From the NCBI RefSeq assembly GCF_022539665.2, contig NC_081332.1:3720001-3784000 (forward strand): a stretch of DNA of 64,000 nt, given 5' to 3'. Below the pieces are notes generated by a model that was given only the letters and a program-made list of their open reading frames with translations, was not told the DNA's origin and ran no database searches. This document shows, piece after piece, positions 44,080 through 56,483 of this stretch. Source of the DNA: Daphnia carinata (lineage: Eukaryota). A program made the position numbers and the translations under genes. Numbering within the stretch: position 1 is the stretch's first letter; every line of letters starts with the position of its first letter.

Positions 44080-47000
44080 TACAACTTTATTTAATCGGTG
44101 GTATATCTTACGTGCTGAATGTACATGAAATCCCTTTTTTTGCATCCTATTTACTAGTCGCGCGCCCTGTTTCAAGAATTAAAATAAGATAACTTCGGAG
44201 GTGAAACCTAATCGTGCCAGGAGATTTTCCTTTTTTTTTTTTCCTTCGGGGTATGAAAAGAATTTGATGGCGGTTGTCGATTCGTCCGGAATGCCATGCC
44301 GAGTTTACACTTTCCGGACGGCAACGTGAAATAAATCAAAGAACACTCGAGTGTTTGCGCGACCGTGAAAAGAGAAAAACAAAACAAAAAAAGGCTTGCC
44401 TTCCTCACTAGAAACTGGCGTCACCGATCCAGTCATGCAGAATTGACTATCACCAAAGATTGGCGGATGAGGGGGGGGGGATAAAAAAAAATAAAAAGAA
44501 CAAAATAGGGACTGGAGCTTTGCGAGGGAAAAAAAAGAGAAAATCCTGTTTCCCTTTTGCTTCTTATGCTGGTTCGACTTCACGCTCGATTGAATAGGCA
44601 AGTGCCAATCTGGCTTAACCATCTAACCCCCATAAACTGGAGACGCAACAAGTTTTGCTTTTCGAGTTTCTTTGCCAAGAGGGGCAAAAGAGTTGCATTC
44701 AACAGCATCGTAACATCGTGGCACCCCTTTTTCATTTCGTTTGCGTCTTTTCCAACAGCAAAAAAATTGACCCATTGAAAATTGTCTGACAGCTTCCAGC
44801 GGATTAGACATTGAGGGAACAATGGGTACGCGTACAAGGAGGACACGAATTCAAACAGGTTGAATAACTCTGGAGGCAGGGTGAAGCAACAGGGTGGATG
44901 CTTACAAATCGATTAAAGAAGGGTAGTCCCCCCTCTTTTCGTTTATAAGAAAAGAAGTTTCCTATTTCCAGTGAATTTTTTTTGTTGTTCACAGGAAAAC
45001 ACGGTATTTGTACAGGATCTGATAATGTCCTTTTCATTCCATCCCTTCGTTGCCCCCATCGTTCTTCTTCCTCCCCACCTCTCCGTGCCAAAGGATTACA
45101 GACGTGAATCGATCAGACCGGCACGGATGGGCGGTCCTGAATTCCGATCGTTTTTCTCTTGAGCGCGTTCCGCGTTCAGAGACACGCACGGTGCTCGCGC
45201 GATTGACGTTTTACAACTCTCTTCGAAAAAAAAGGGGGGGGATAAAATCAAGCTTTTTATTTTGCGTTTTTTTTTTTTTTTTTTTTGCTTCGACACCCTT
45301 CGTCCTTCCCGTCTTTGCCGTGCATCTCCACCCTTTTTCCGCTGGTAAATAAGACATATCCTTCTGCTTCTTTTTCCAGTGCCGTCTTCTTTACATCCAA
45401 TTCGATTCGGATGTGGAAACACGTTTCCCCCCTTCCTTCGTGGCACGGATAGAATGGGAAAGGGGGGAGAGAAAATATCTATAAAGTTGCAACACCGCCT
45501 TCAAAGATTTATTATTATGCGGCCCGAGCCTTTATTATTATTATTTTTTTCTCTTCGTTTTCTTCATTCTTCCCTTTTCCTGCTTTATTACCAGTCCGAG
45601 ATGATATGACCATCGCTGCTGTTGCTGCCTTTTTTTTTTTTTTTTTTTTGCTGCTGTTGATGCCGACCGGCGGCCACTTGTGTGGTCAACATTCTTCATG
45701 GTCCACTGCGCGCTTGGCTTTTGATTTTTCTTTCTTTTCTCAAAGCGAAATCGTAATGGTTCGTCGTACAACCAGCTACTGATTAACGGTCGATATGTCA
45801 GGTTTTTTTTTTTTTTAGCCCAATGGGAAGGTACGACAAACAGTAGATCTTCGATCCCACGTTAACATTTGCTTTTGGTCGGTCAAACGAGGATGAAGGA
45901 CCACCACCAGTATTCAAACATCGCGGCATAGTTACCATTTTCGATTGTTTCGATATTCGATGAAATCCATTTGCGTTCGTCATGCAGTAAAATCAACGTT
46001 GGCGGCGGTGATCTGCCGCTCCTTATCGAGTGGCTGCGGAACAAAAGGACAAAAAATTACGACATTAATGAATCCTTTTTGCTGTATCATTCCCGTTCTC
46101 TTTGTGTGTTTTGCTAAGTTTTTTGTGAATTCAATATGCCAAGCGGGAGGAAAAACCACCGCCGTCGGTTCCCTTTTCACTGATGGCGTGTGCCGGGCGC
46201 ACGGGCCAGGTGATCATCACCGTAACCGTTGCCTTGTTCATCACAGGCTTCTAGAGAACACACAGATCGAACGTGAGGATAACATTTTTTTCTTCTCCCT
46301 CATATTTTTCTTTTGGAGGGGGGGCTATTTAAATACTGGAATCTTTACTTCCGAATTTCAAAAAAGGCTCAGTTGAGGATAACAAGAGAGGGAAAAAAAT
46401 CCATCAACAAAAAGATCGTTGAATTCATCTCGTCTATTGGGAAGACGTGGAAACGTGACCCTCAGTCCTTGGAGCCGGCTTATACTTGTATACACAGCGC
46501 GCATGCCACTGTAATCTTTACGTCTCTATGTCTGTGTCACACTTTTTTTTTTTTAATTTTTACTTTCCTGAGTTCGAAAAATCAGCTATTTCCCAATGGC
46601 ATTAAACTTGGCACTGAAGAAACGCCCGTGATTACTCTAGAACAGTGTATTGGCCAAAAAATCGCAATCCAAAAAGGCAACAGGTGTCTATTTTTGTTTT
46701 AATTCGTTGGGGCTTGTTTTGGGTAAAAACTTGTTGTGTCCGGACACGAGCAAACAGAACGGATTGCACACGATGTACGCATCTAGAAAATTATTTGGAA
46801 AAAAAACAGAAACAAAAAATTCAGGATGGAGGATATTTGAAAACAAGATCGTGGGGCGTTGTCCTGTCTTTTTTAGGACGGAGTTCGTATGAGCATTCAA
46901 ATGTACCCAAATCGGACTCATGGGCATGGCCGGCTGTCAAACCGTCAGCCGAAAACAACATCTGATAGACCCCCGAATTGGAACGATAAGCAATCGAATG

Positions 47001-47447
47001 TTTCTTAAATCTTGGTTTATTTTTAATTTTTAAATTTATTATTTGTGTTTTTGTTTATTTATCATCTATTTATGTTTTTCTTGCCGCTTTTGAGCTGAAT
47101 CGGAGTTCAACCGGTGGGGGTATGAGAAGCCACGCGCCGGGTCCACGCGCCTTTTTTCATTGGCTCTCGCTGGCTAATCACGTGATCTCTATCCAGAGAA
47201 AAGCTATACCAGTCTTTCTCTGCTCTTTCTCGTTTTACAGAAGAAAGAGGAAGAGGGACCTGCCTCTCCCTATTTTTTTTTATTTTCTGAAAAGGGAAGA
47301 TTTTTTTTTTTCCATAAGGGCTAGTTTTTGCGTGATTAAATTGCTCCAGTCGTCTCGGATTCGTGGTCGGGAACGGTCGCGTGTTCTCGCACGTCGTCTG
47401 TGAAATACAACAAGAAGAATTCGGGAAAGAAAAAAAAGGAAACCACC

Positions 47448-48322
47448 ATGACAGCCAAAAGTGACAAGAATCTGAAAAGCAGTCGTAGTGATAAGCGGCG
47501 GGTATGCAAATTTCTCTTCTGATTCCAATCAAGTTTTAACATTGTTGACATTCCATTTTAATCCGATCAATCGATCCGTTTAGACCAACAAGCCGTTGAT
47601 GGAAAAGCGACGCCGAGCGCGGATTAATCACAGCCTGTCCGTTCTTAAGAGTCTTATCATCAAGGACGATGTAAGTTTTGTTTAGATTTACACTTCTTAA
47701 GGTCGACTTATTTAAATGAATTTATTCTTCTTTTAAAATCCTCAATCGCTGGGGATCGCTAAAGGCCAACAGTTCGAACCCCACTTCACAATCACGACTT
47801 GAAAAGGCGGACATTCTAGAACTGACAGTCATGCATCTGCGCGCGCTGGAGAAGCAGAAAGAGGAGCATTTGCAGCAGCAACAACAGTCCGAACTCGTTG
47901 AAAAAGAAAGCAACAGTAGTGTCGACAGTGACGTCAAATCGTATCGTCTTGGGTATCAAGCGTGCTGCCACGACATCGGACGCTTCTTGGACGGACCGGT
48001 CCTCGACTTGACAAAGGAACGACTGATGGAGCATCTCCTAGAAAAGAAGCAAAAACTATTCCAGCTCAGCAACAGTGGCGATCCGTCGGATGCAAATCTG
48101 GTCACTCCAACGCGTTTGTCGGACGGACGGTTGGCCCTCATTTTCTCCTCGACTTGTTCTTGGCTCTCGGGCGGAATAGATCTCCCAGCTTCTTCTTCTG
48201 CGTCGTCTTCGTCATTCCATTCAAATCTCGCTCCTGCCACTCCACCGTCTTCTCCGGATCAACAAGTTGTTGTCCAACCGCTGCCAGACTCAGTCGGCAA
48301 CGTGTGGCGGCCATGGTTTTAA
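47448..48322 (+). CDS. Hes-family bHLH-Orange repressor, closest in motif to Similar-to-deadpan (Sidpn); exons 47448-47501, 47584-47670, 47765-48322
   Basis: RR|TNKPLMEKRRRARINHSLSVLKSLI; RLEKADILELTVMHL; Orange domain YRLGYQACCHDIGRFL..ERLMEHL; PTRLSDGRLALI; C-terminal VWRPWF. Confidence 0.9.
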
Positions 48323-49199
48323 GGGTAAAAATGGGCCGTTGTCATTGCAACTCCAATCTTTCATTCGTTATCAAAGTCCCTCTTGTACATAAATGCTAAT
48401 GATCCATTGAAATGTGTCGAAGCGGATTAAACGCTAATATCTCTGGATGGCGATCTCTTCTCTGATCTCCGCTTTCGAGATTCCGATCTGTGGGTCTTAC
48501 CATGGACATACAAACATGGAATGGGTACTGTAAATGGTGCGATATCGGAGCCGAATTCGCGAAATGATTAGCATTCCACCCTCCAAGACTGTTTTGACTA
48601 CAATAAGGAAGTATCGTATTACGCATTTCATTGAACTTAGTTACTGTCAATCATACAAATCAAATGTGCATGGTTTTTAGAAAAAAAAAGCAACCAAGTG
48701 CATAAAAACTGCTCGGAAAGGAAGGTTTTTGTCGGCAGTTCTTTTTGGCAGGAAAATGGAAATCGGAATTCTCATGTTTAACGATCTCGTAAAAACAGCA
48801 AGGTGGGTGAAACTGCGCTTACGCACTGGCGGCCACATGGCGTGGATTGGTTTCTTTAATGACGCTCAAACTGAGAGTCCACAAGTTCTTAGCGCACTCT
48901 ACGCCATGTCACCAAAAACCTTTAGTTTATCTGCTCGTAGTGTGGGGTTGATTGGTTTTGTTATCCTCACACAATCCTTCTGTTTAGTATGCAGTAAACT
49001 TTAATGCTAATGTGAACTCAAGAATTTTGGCGCGTCTAAGAAGCAGTGCCATCTGTGGATAACATTTCAAGCCTTCACCGAGAGCATTAATCGCTGATCA
49101 TAAAAATAGGGTATATTTTTATACAGGGATTATAGTTTTTGAATTAACCGTAAAAAACTAAAAGTCGGGCTTATTTTATCGGGCTCAAAATTTGTCCTA

Positions 49200-49668
49200 T
49201 TAAAAATTTATATCATTAAATCTCGATAAGTATATATGATTCTGATTCAAAATTTAACAAGGAACACAAAAATGGAAGTTGTTTTTATGTAGAGTCTATA
49301 GTCAGTGATGAATTTTTTAAGGAGACGTCTGGAATTGGGCCTTAAATTTCTATCGTACTTCTATTTGTATTTTAAATAACTCGAAAGCCATGAATTCTAC
49401 ATAAAAACAAATTTAATTTTATGATTCTCATTAAATTTAGAATCTAAATAACATATAGTTATCTAGTTTTATTGATATAATTTTTTTAGGTAAAATTCGG
49501 GCTTATTGCTTTGTCGGGCCTTAAATTTCTATCGTACCTACTTTTATATTTGATGTAACTCAGAAACCATGAAGTCTACATAAAAACAGTTGTATTTTCG
49601 TGATCCTTTTTAAATTTAGAATCTTAATCATATATAGTAATCTAGCTTTATTGATATTAATTTTTTTC
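49200..49668. repeat. Cluster of three diverged copies of an AT-rich unit: one inverted (~49200-49302) and two direct (~49337-49505, ~49516-49668)
   Basis: Shared GGGCCTTAAATTTCTATCGTAC...TCTACATAAAAACA...TTAAATTTAGAATCT...ATTGATAT at a 179-bp period. The reverse complement of 49200-49302 reads ...TCTACATAAAAACAA...TTAAATTTTGAATC...ATGATATAAATTTTT. Confidence 0.8.
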
Positions 49669-49669
49669 T

Positions 49670-51865
49670 GTGGCTGAAGAAGCTAAAAATATCCTCTTTA
49701 CACATAATGCTGGTATGTAGATAAACCATTAAATGCAGTGCAATTTGGAGCAGGGCCTTGGTTATAATGTGTTCTCGCATTCAAGCCTCAAGTAGAACAA
49801 CTCAGGCTATATACAGCCCCAAAGACAAATTAAATGCCAATTTTGCCTACGATGAATCTTGGATTTGCTTGGTGTAAGTAACTTTGTTCTTGTTAATATT
49901 GAACCCAAAAATACCAGGGATAATTTTCTTTAGTGGCAATATTCCTTCACCTGTGCAGCAGCACATGGCCATCAAGCATCCAACGAAGATGGGAACGAGT
50001 TGCAGTGATCTCCAACTTTTTGTGCTCATACTCTGTCCAGCTAAAGAGCTAATGGCATCAAACGAGTTATATTGTATATTCTGTGAATCAAAAGTACTTT
50101 GCACACAGCAAATGGTAGAAAGGAACAAAGAATGCATTGGAGACGGGGTGTACATTCGCTGCATTGTTTATCATCTACGCCGTCAACTGGTGGAAGTAGC
50201 TACAGAAGAAGAATTCAAGCAGCTGACTTTCAATCGAACGCGAGAATTGATAAAGGAACAGCATCAGAGTCGTTCAGCCGTTTCTATCTAATTGAACGCC
50301 CTCGTTGAACCACCCAAAAGCACCGCAATGAGTAACGTGGGTTTTGCATTTCGATATGGTTCGTTCACAGACATTTCTTGTGCAGCTAATTATATTCCGT
50401 TATATATCAGAGAATCGGGAGACTTGTCAGTCTGAGCAAGGCATCCGTGAGGATCTTTCACGTCGACTACCGCATTATGTATCGGACTACGTCGATGGCA
50501 TAGTTGGAGTCAAGACGCCACAAAAGGTTCTTTCTACCACTTTTTTCTTCTATTTTGCCTGTTGACATCCGGCCATTGCGTTTGGAGTCCTCAACGATCA
50601 CAACACCACGGCAAAATTGGTAAATTAAATGAAAGAAACCCAAAACTTCATGATTTTAACATTGTTCTTCTATTAGGTGTCAAAAAGGTGATCATGGGGC
50701 AAACGATTGGTGGCCCCCTTTTTTGCTGTATTTGGCGGCCAGCCACTGTTAATTCCTTTAACTACTGCACCTCTAGCACTCTACGTAAAAGGTTTCCCAT
50801 TTTTCAATGGATAATTAGGTTTTGATCGTCATTTAAGCGTTTATTTTTTGACATCAGCTATTTCCAACATCTGTGATGATTTCCAGTTGGATTTCTACGC
50901 AATGTATGGCTGCGTTGGCCTTTGGTGTGCTTTTTCCTTTTGCTCTTTTCGCTTTTCAACGTCTCACGATTGATGCGTTGGTGTACCCGTTCAACGGAGG
51001 ACATTTTTGGCATTTTCTTTTCGATTGCATTTTGCGTTGATGCTTTTCGGGACACTGCTAAAAGTAAATAATTATGATAATCATTTTTAGAGTATATTTC
51101 CTATGTATGATTTAATTTTTTCAGATTTAAAAAAAAAATTTCAGTTCTCCCCAAAATGTTTTGGCGATGTGAACATGACGGAAGGCATCAAACTTCGTTG
51201 ACTTATTACTTTGTGAAGGAAAATAAAACAAACAGCTTAACGGCAGAAACACTTGTTGCGGCCATCGAAGAGCCAATGACGATTGTATGCAACCAGGCCA
51301 GCTCACTGCTGTTTCTTTTATTAATGTTCGGCACCGTCTGACTAGGCGTTTCCATCTTTAATTTCAAGAAAACGTATGGACGCATGATTTCGATGCAGAA
51401 ATCATTACAAATTGATTAAATCTATTGGATTTTCCAAGGAATTTGCTCTCCGCTGGAAAACGGGAAACCCTGGCAGATTATGCATTGCCTATCGCCGTTG
51501 TCACGATAAGTTTTGTTGGTTCTTATCTCTTCCAAAACATCAAAGGTAATTTGATTATCATTTCAGCAATAATCGTCCAACCAGTTATGTCTTCTATTTC
51601 ATTACAGTTGAGTCATTCCGTTATGATGACAGTGAAAATGTATTCTCTTTGACACCGTTGAATCGCCTTCCTGGACTGGCCATCGTCGGAGCAATGGGTT
51701 TGAGTTTTGCCTTTTCGCTGCTAATTTTGATGGACCAAAATATTTCATCGGTGATGGTGAACACGCCACTAAACAAGTAACACTGCGGCAGTTGTTTCAT
51801 TTCGCGCCTTTTACGTATAATCCTGTTTTTCAATCTCTCCCACCAGTTTAAGAAAGGACCGGCAC
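49670..51865 (+). pseudogene. SLC4A11: Truncated, unprocessed SLC4A11/BOR-type anion transporter pseudogene
   Basis: Exon remnants ILFTHNAG, YDESWICL, LFVLILCPAKE, KGTKNALETGCTF, RQLVEVATEEEFK, GIREDLSRRLPHYVSDYVDG, PAIAFGVLND, FGGQPLL, CTRSTEDIF, KRETLADYALPIAV, MDQNISS, LKKG. Frameshifts near 50565-50610 and an in-frame TGA near 51339. Introns are retained; both N- and C-termini are missing. Confidence 0.88.
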
Positions 51866-53154
51866 ATCTCTTGTCAGCCAAAATGAAGCACGGCATTCAA
51901 AAGGGCAGTTTCGTCTGTCAGTTAACAGCCAGCATAAGCAAGGTGAGCTTAAAAATGTGGATCTTTTGTCACTGTTTATGAATGATTTGAATTGGTTATG
52001 TCTGTCACAGGGTGTGGGGCTTTGTTTCCCATTTGTGGACTGGTATTATTCATGTACAGTGAAAACATAAATTAGGATGGAGAGAGTTGCATGGGTTGTG
52101 ATCACTCTGGTCTAGTTGGCTAAAATTTAAAAATATTGCAATTTCTAAGTTTTGTTGGTTTAATGTTTTTCATAATGCACCACAACATAAGTTATTGACC
52201 AAACAAAAGACCAGATATGGTTGCAGAGAAACGAGCCATTTGCTGCACTTGCATTCAGGTTTCTTAGCAGCGTTTTATTGGAATTTCATTGTATTGTTCA
52301 TTTTATTGTATTTACATGCAAAAGTACCAGAATAATATGACAAATATTGACAATGATAATTATTCTTCACAGGTAACATTGATTTGCCAACGCCATCTCT
52401 AGAGTAACATGAGTAGCATTTGCAGGCGTTACTACTGGTATACTTAATAACTGAAATGTACTGGCGATTTAGTACTGAACAGCCTGTGCTGGTATACTTT
52501 TTGCTTAAATTTAGAGAACTTACAGTCCATCATATTCCCATTTATTTATTACTTATATTCTAATCAGAACTAATTTAATTGCCTTAAATTCAATTCACTA
52601 AACGTTCATTTGGGCCCTTACATGTAAAAATTTTACAACAGGGCGATGTTTATAACAATTCCGCCTATTGGGCTTCCTCTCTTCTGATTGCCAGTGAACG
52701 GCCAATCATCAACGACCTTCTGTGTACTGAACTACAGGCGTCTGCAAAATTCCATACGGTGTGGAACGAAGAAAGTGCTTGTGTTGGAGGTGTAAAAAGC
52801 CGTAACAATAATTTCTCATTTTCTTTTTTTTTTTTTCGTTATGCGAGTGAGCATAGATTTTTATCTTTTACCACGTTTTTGAACTGTTGGTATATTGGTA
52901 TGCAAGATGAAACTTAATTGAAAACATTTTCTACTGTGTTTCCCATGCTGGTTCCAGTGTCTTCAGTTGACCCCTAGAATCCGGGAATTAGTCACGCACA
53001 TCTAATCTGACTTGAATCTTTCAGGTTGCGTGGAAGGATATTACGAAAAAGACTTAACTTTAGCCGTAGCCTTCCCAATCCAAGTGATTTTTGTCTTGCC
53101 TGAAATAGTGAAGGAAAAAAGGTGTCAAATCAGGCTTCATCTCCACTCAGTGAC

Positions 53155-53649
53155 ATGGACAATGAAGAATACATTGTTGGGAAAATTCTCGGGCTGAGGT
53201 TAGTTTGGAAATTTATCTAACTAATACATTGATATAGATTGGCCGCTTGTGATTATAACTTAATCTGAAATATCATATTAGGAGAAGGATGGTGAAGTTG
53301 GGCATGTGCTGATAGGGATTGGTGTTTAAAACAATGGTAATAATTGGGATCCCAAGAAAATCTTTATTGTAATAATTTGATTGCAGCATTTGAAAGCAAA
53401 TGTCTATCGTTGACTAAGAATCCTGAAAACAAGCTAAGCCAAGAGAAGAAAATTGTGAAGAAAAAAGAACTAAAGCACAGGTTTGTTTCAAATTCGTAAC
53501 TAGAAGCAATCAATATCAAGATGTGGTCAGTAAATCTATAGTTTTCTAGATGTCATTATGGATGCCCAGTCTTCCAACAGGATTTGATCGAAATGTAGAG
53601 GCGGAGAAAATTTTAGGAGTGAGCGATGACGGTGGCGAAACTATATAGG
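53155..53649 (+). pseudogene. Decayed HP1-like chromodomain + chromo shadow gene fragment
   Basis: MDNEEYIVGKILGLR | ..GEVGHVL..G..*..NNWDP (frameshift) ENLYCNNLIAAFE (chromodomain), then a K/E-rich hinge and PTGFDRNVEAEKILGVSDDGGETI* (start of chromo shadow). Contains stops and a frameshift. Confidence 0.75.
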
Positions 53650-53808
53650 TAACCGTTTCGTTTTGTGTTTTATTAAAACTTGCCCATGTCATTTTCAGAT
53701 TTTTTTTTTAGATACTTGTATGGATGTGTAAAGAATGATGATTGCAGGGCATAATTTTCTTTTATACAATACTTTTCTATTTTTATTGTTATAAATTTTG
53801 TCTTTTTA

Positions 53809-55040
53809 GCCGTTGAATGTAGCTGGAACAGAACACATTCGATTGCAGCATCAGGATATCTGGCTTGCCGGACGATTAAACGTCCCTGTGTGGATACAGA
53901 TATTGTGTCTCGTTTTTACCCTAAATTTTTTCTGGGATAATAACTTTACTACTAATACCATGAATTAGATGAATAGCAATTGAACAGCTTTTCAGGTTCT
54001 AACAAACGGTCATGGTAATTCTGTTTTTGTATACATTTGTTTATAGTCTATCACAAATGTAAATTAATTGATTGTCATGCTTTATATGTGTCATTCCAGA
54101 GTAGGTAATGCTATTATGCAGAATGTGATTTAGTGCTTTAGCCTTTTGAAAAGATTGGCGAGTCAAAGGACGCCCTGTTTACCACAGCGTTGAAGGATTG
54201 ATGGATCTCCTGCCAAATCGCCACAGGTGGAACATTTGTATCGGCGACAAGCACCCACCAGCAGCAGACGAAATCCAAAGTGTGTGTTCGTGCGCCTGTG
54301 ACTCGTTTGACAACATCGTAACTTTTGAGCGAAAAGCGAGTATTTCGAGATTATTTTTGAAAATGTGGGCAGTTCTTGGTTCGCGTGTGAATCAACGTAA
54401 AGGTATGTGCAGCATGTAATCGCCCAGTTTCCTTCCCGTTTTGCTTTTTTGGTCTTACAATTTGACATTTTGACGGTCGTGGAAATGTTTAATTATCTTT
54501 TAATGACACTCCTGTTAAAGCATAGGTGTATAGTTGAATCTCATTTCATCTTCTTTTACCCTCTTCATTAGGTGAATAGCTGAATCTCATTACATCTTCT
54601 TTTACCCTCTTCATTGTATGGAAATTATGTCGGTAACTATTTTGCTCTGTGTATTTGTTAAAACTGCCCCATAGCATTTCAAGTGAAATTTTTATTTGTT
54701 TTTAGGTAATAGTTTAAATGTGTAAAAAGTGTTGGTGGTAGGTAATGAGAGCTATTCCTTTATGCACTGGCTTTCCACTTTTATTGTAATAAATGTCTTT
54801 CTAGCTGTTGAAAGTAGCTGTAACAGGATGATGACAAATTGCAGCACTAGGATGTTTGGTTTGCTGGATGATAAAATGTTTCTGTGTGAGGATCCAGACA
54901 TTGTGTCTAGAACTTCGTCTAGAACAATTTATTTATCTTCATTTAATATCCCTAGATTTCTGGGATAATAAATATGCTACTAACACTATGAATTAGAAGA
55001 CTAGCAGTTGAGCAACTTTTATATTTCAAACAAAAGGTAA
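53809..55040 (+). repeat. Diverged direct duplication of a ~210-bp exon-like segment (~53809-54015 and ~54804-55040)
   Basis: GC(C/T)GTTGAA.GTAGCTG.AACAG...ATTGCAGCA...AGA(T/C)ATTGTGTCT...TTTCTGGGATAATAA...ATGAATTAGA occurs twice, ~995 bp apart. Confidence 0.7.
54523..54614 (+). repeat. 46-bp tandem duplication
   Basis: TAGGTG(T/A)ATAG(T/C)TGAATCTCATT(T/A)CATCTTCTTTTACCCTCTTCAT x2. Confidence 0.85.
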
Positions 55041-56483
55041 TTGTTAGTATGTATATATTTTTTTTAGCATATTACTATAGTAAATTTGTTGACTGAGTAA
55101 AGTACAGGTTTGACTGAATTCATTAATATATTGATATAAATTAACATATTTAACATTTGGTAAGTGTAATTATAGTTATAAAAAGTATGTCAATGTGTTC
55201 TTACCAAATGTAAAATAATTGTATTAATATTTTTAATAACTAGTGGTACTTAACAATTTTCAATTGCTCATTTGATGCAGTTTGAAAGACGGTCCGGGCA
55301 AACTCTTCAGCGCCTATTCACACACGACTGGAAAATTGTCGCTCGTTAAAGAAATGGAATAGTAATGGTAAGAGTTTGAATTAATTCAATATTAGTTTGC
55401 TAACAGATTTAGAGCTAATTTAATAGAAGTTGAGATATCTTCTTACTTTCTACAATTAAAAGGATAATGAAGCGAGTTAGCATAAATTCAACTTACCTGA
55501 CGGGGAATCGATCGACGAGGGTGTTTTAGTTGTGGTACATTTGTAGAGACAAGACTGCGTACGAATGTGATTATCTAGCGTCTAGACGACGCCTTAAATA
55601 CTCGCAGACACGTGCCACATTATTGCTTTCCCTGAAGTAGAGTGTAGGGTAGAGGGACCTAATTCTGAAGGTCGATAGGTAGAAGAACAAATTTTTATTT
55701 CCAAGTGAGCCCGAGGTTATAGCCATTCCCCATCGTTTAACCCTACGGTACTTTGATTTTCTTTTTTTTTTCTGCTTTTTTTTGTTTGTTTCCAAGTACC
55801 TAAAACAGATGAAGAACCTCTGGCATACACAAAAAAGGATAGGGGGGGGGGGGGGGAGAAAAAAAGAAGCTAGAAGTTCAGTAGCTCTTTTACCTGCACG
55901 CGGTGCACTAGTGTAGATTTGTTGCTTGCAATCCACGTCTAATTATTCTTAGAACTTTCGCACGTGCGCCCAGCGTTCGCAATTTGTAGATTCATCAATT
56001 ACGCATCAATAACGCACTGCATCAGCACCTGGGTTAGCCTCTGCACTGGCCTTGTTTAGTTGGGTAGTATAAGTCTAGATAGACATAGATTAAGTTAAGG
56101 ATAAGTAGGTCTAAAGTTAAGAGTAAGACTACTTTAAGTAAGGCGTAAGCGTAGCCCACCTAAATTCGTTACGTTTGCACAACACTATCTTAGCCATTTT
56201 CATTCACTGTTTTATGCAATTATTAACCGTAGTCGTCGCTCGCAAACCGTTTTCTTACTACAAACCGTACATTTCGACTTTTTCACACAATTTCCACATG
56301 AACCGCCAATCCAAACAACCTGATCATTATCGAACGATTAATAACCAATTTATTTTCAGGAAAGTTTTATCCAGTGTAACTGTAATTTGTGTACCTAATC
56401 CTGTTAGAATTAAGATGACACTCGTTGCTGTTCAAATATTCAAAAGCTTTGTTTGTTTGTTTTTCTCGCTTCTGTACAATCAG

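Noticed and set aside
55490..55530. ACTTACCTGACGGGGA..GATCGACGAGGGTGTTTT resembles the 5' end of U1 snRNA
   Set aside because: No further U1 stem-loops or Sm site follow. It reads more simply as a minus-strand CAG|GTAAGT donor of a ~47-nt intron with a CTAAC branch point and TTGTAG acceptor.
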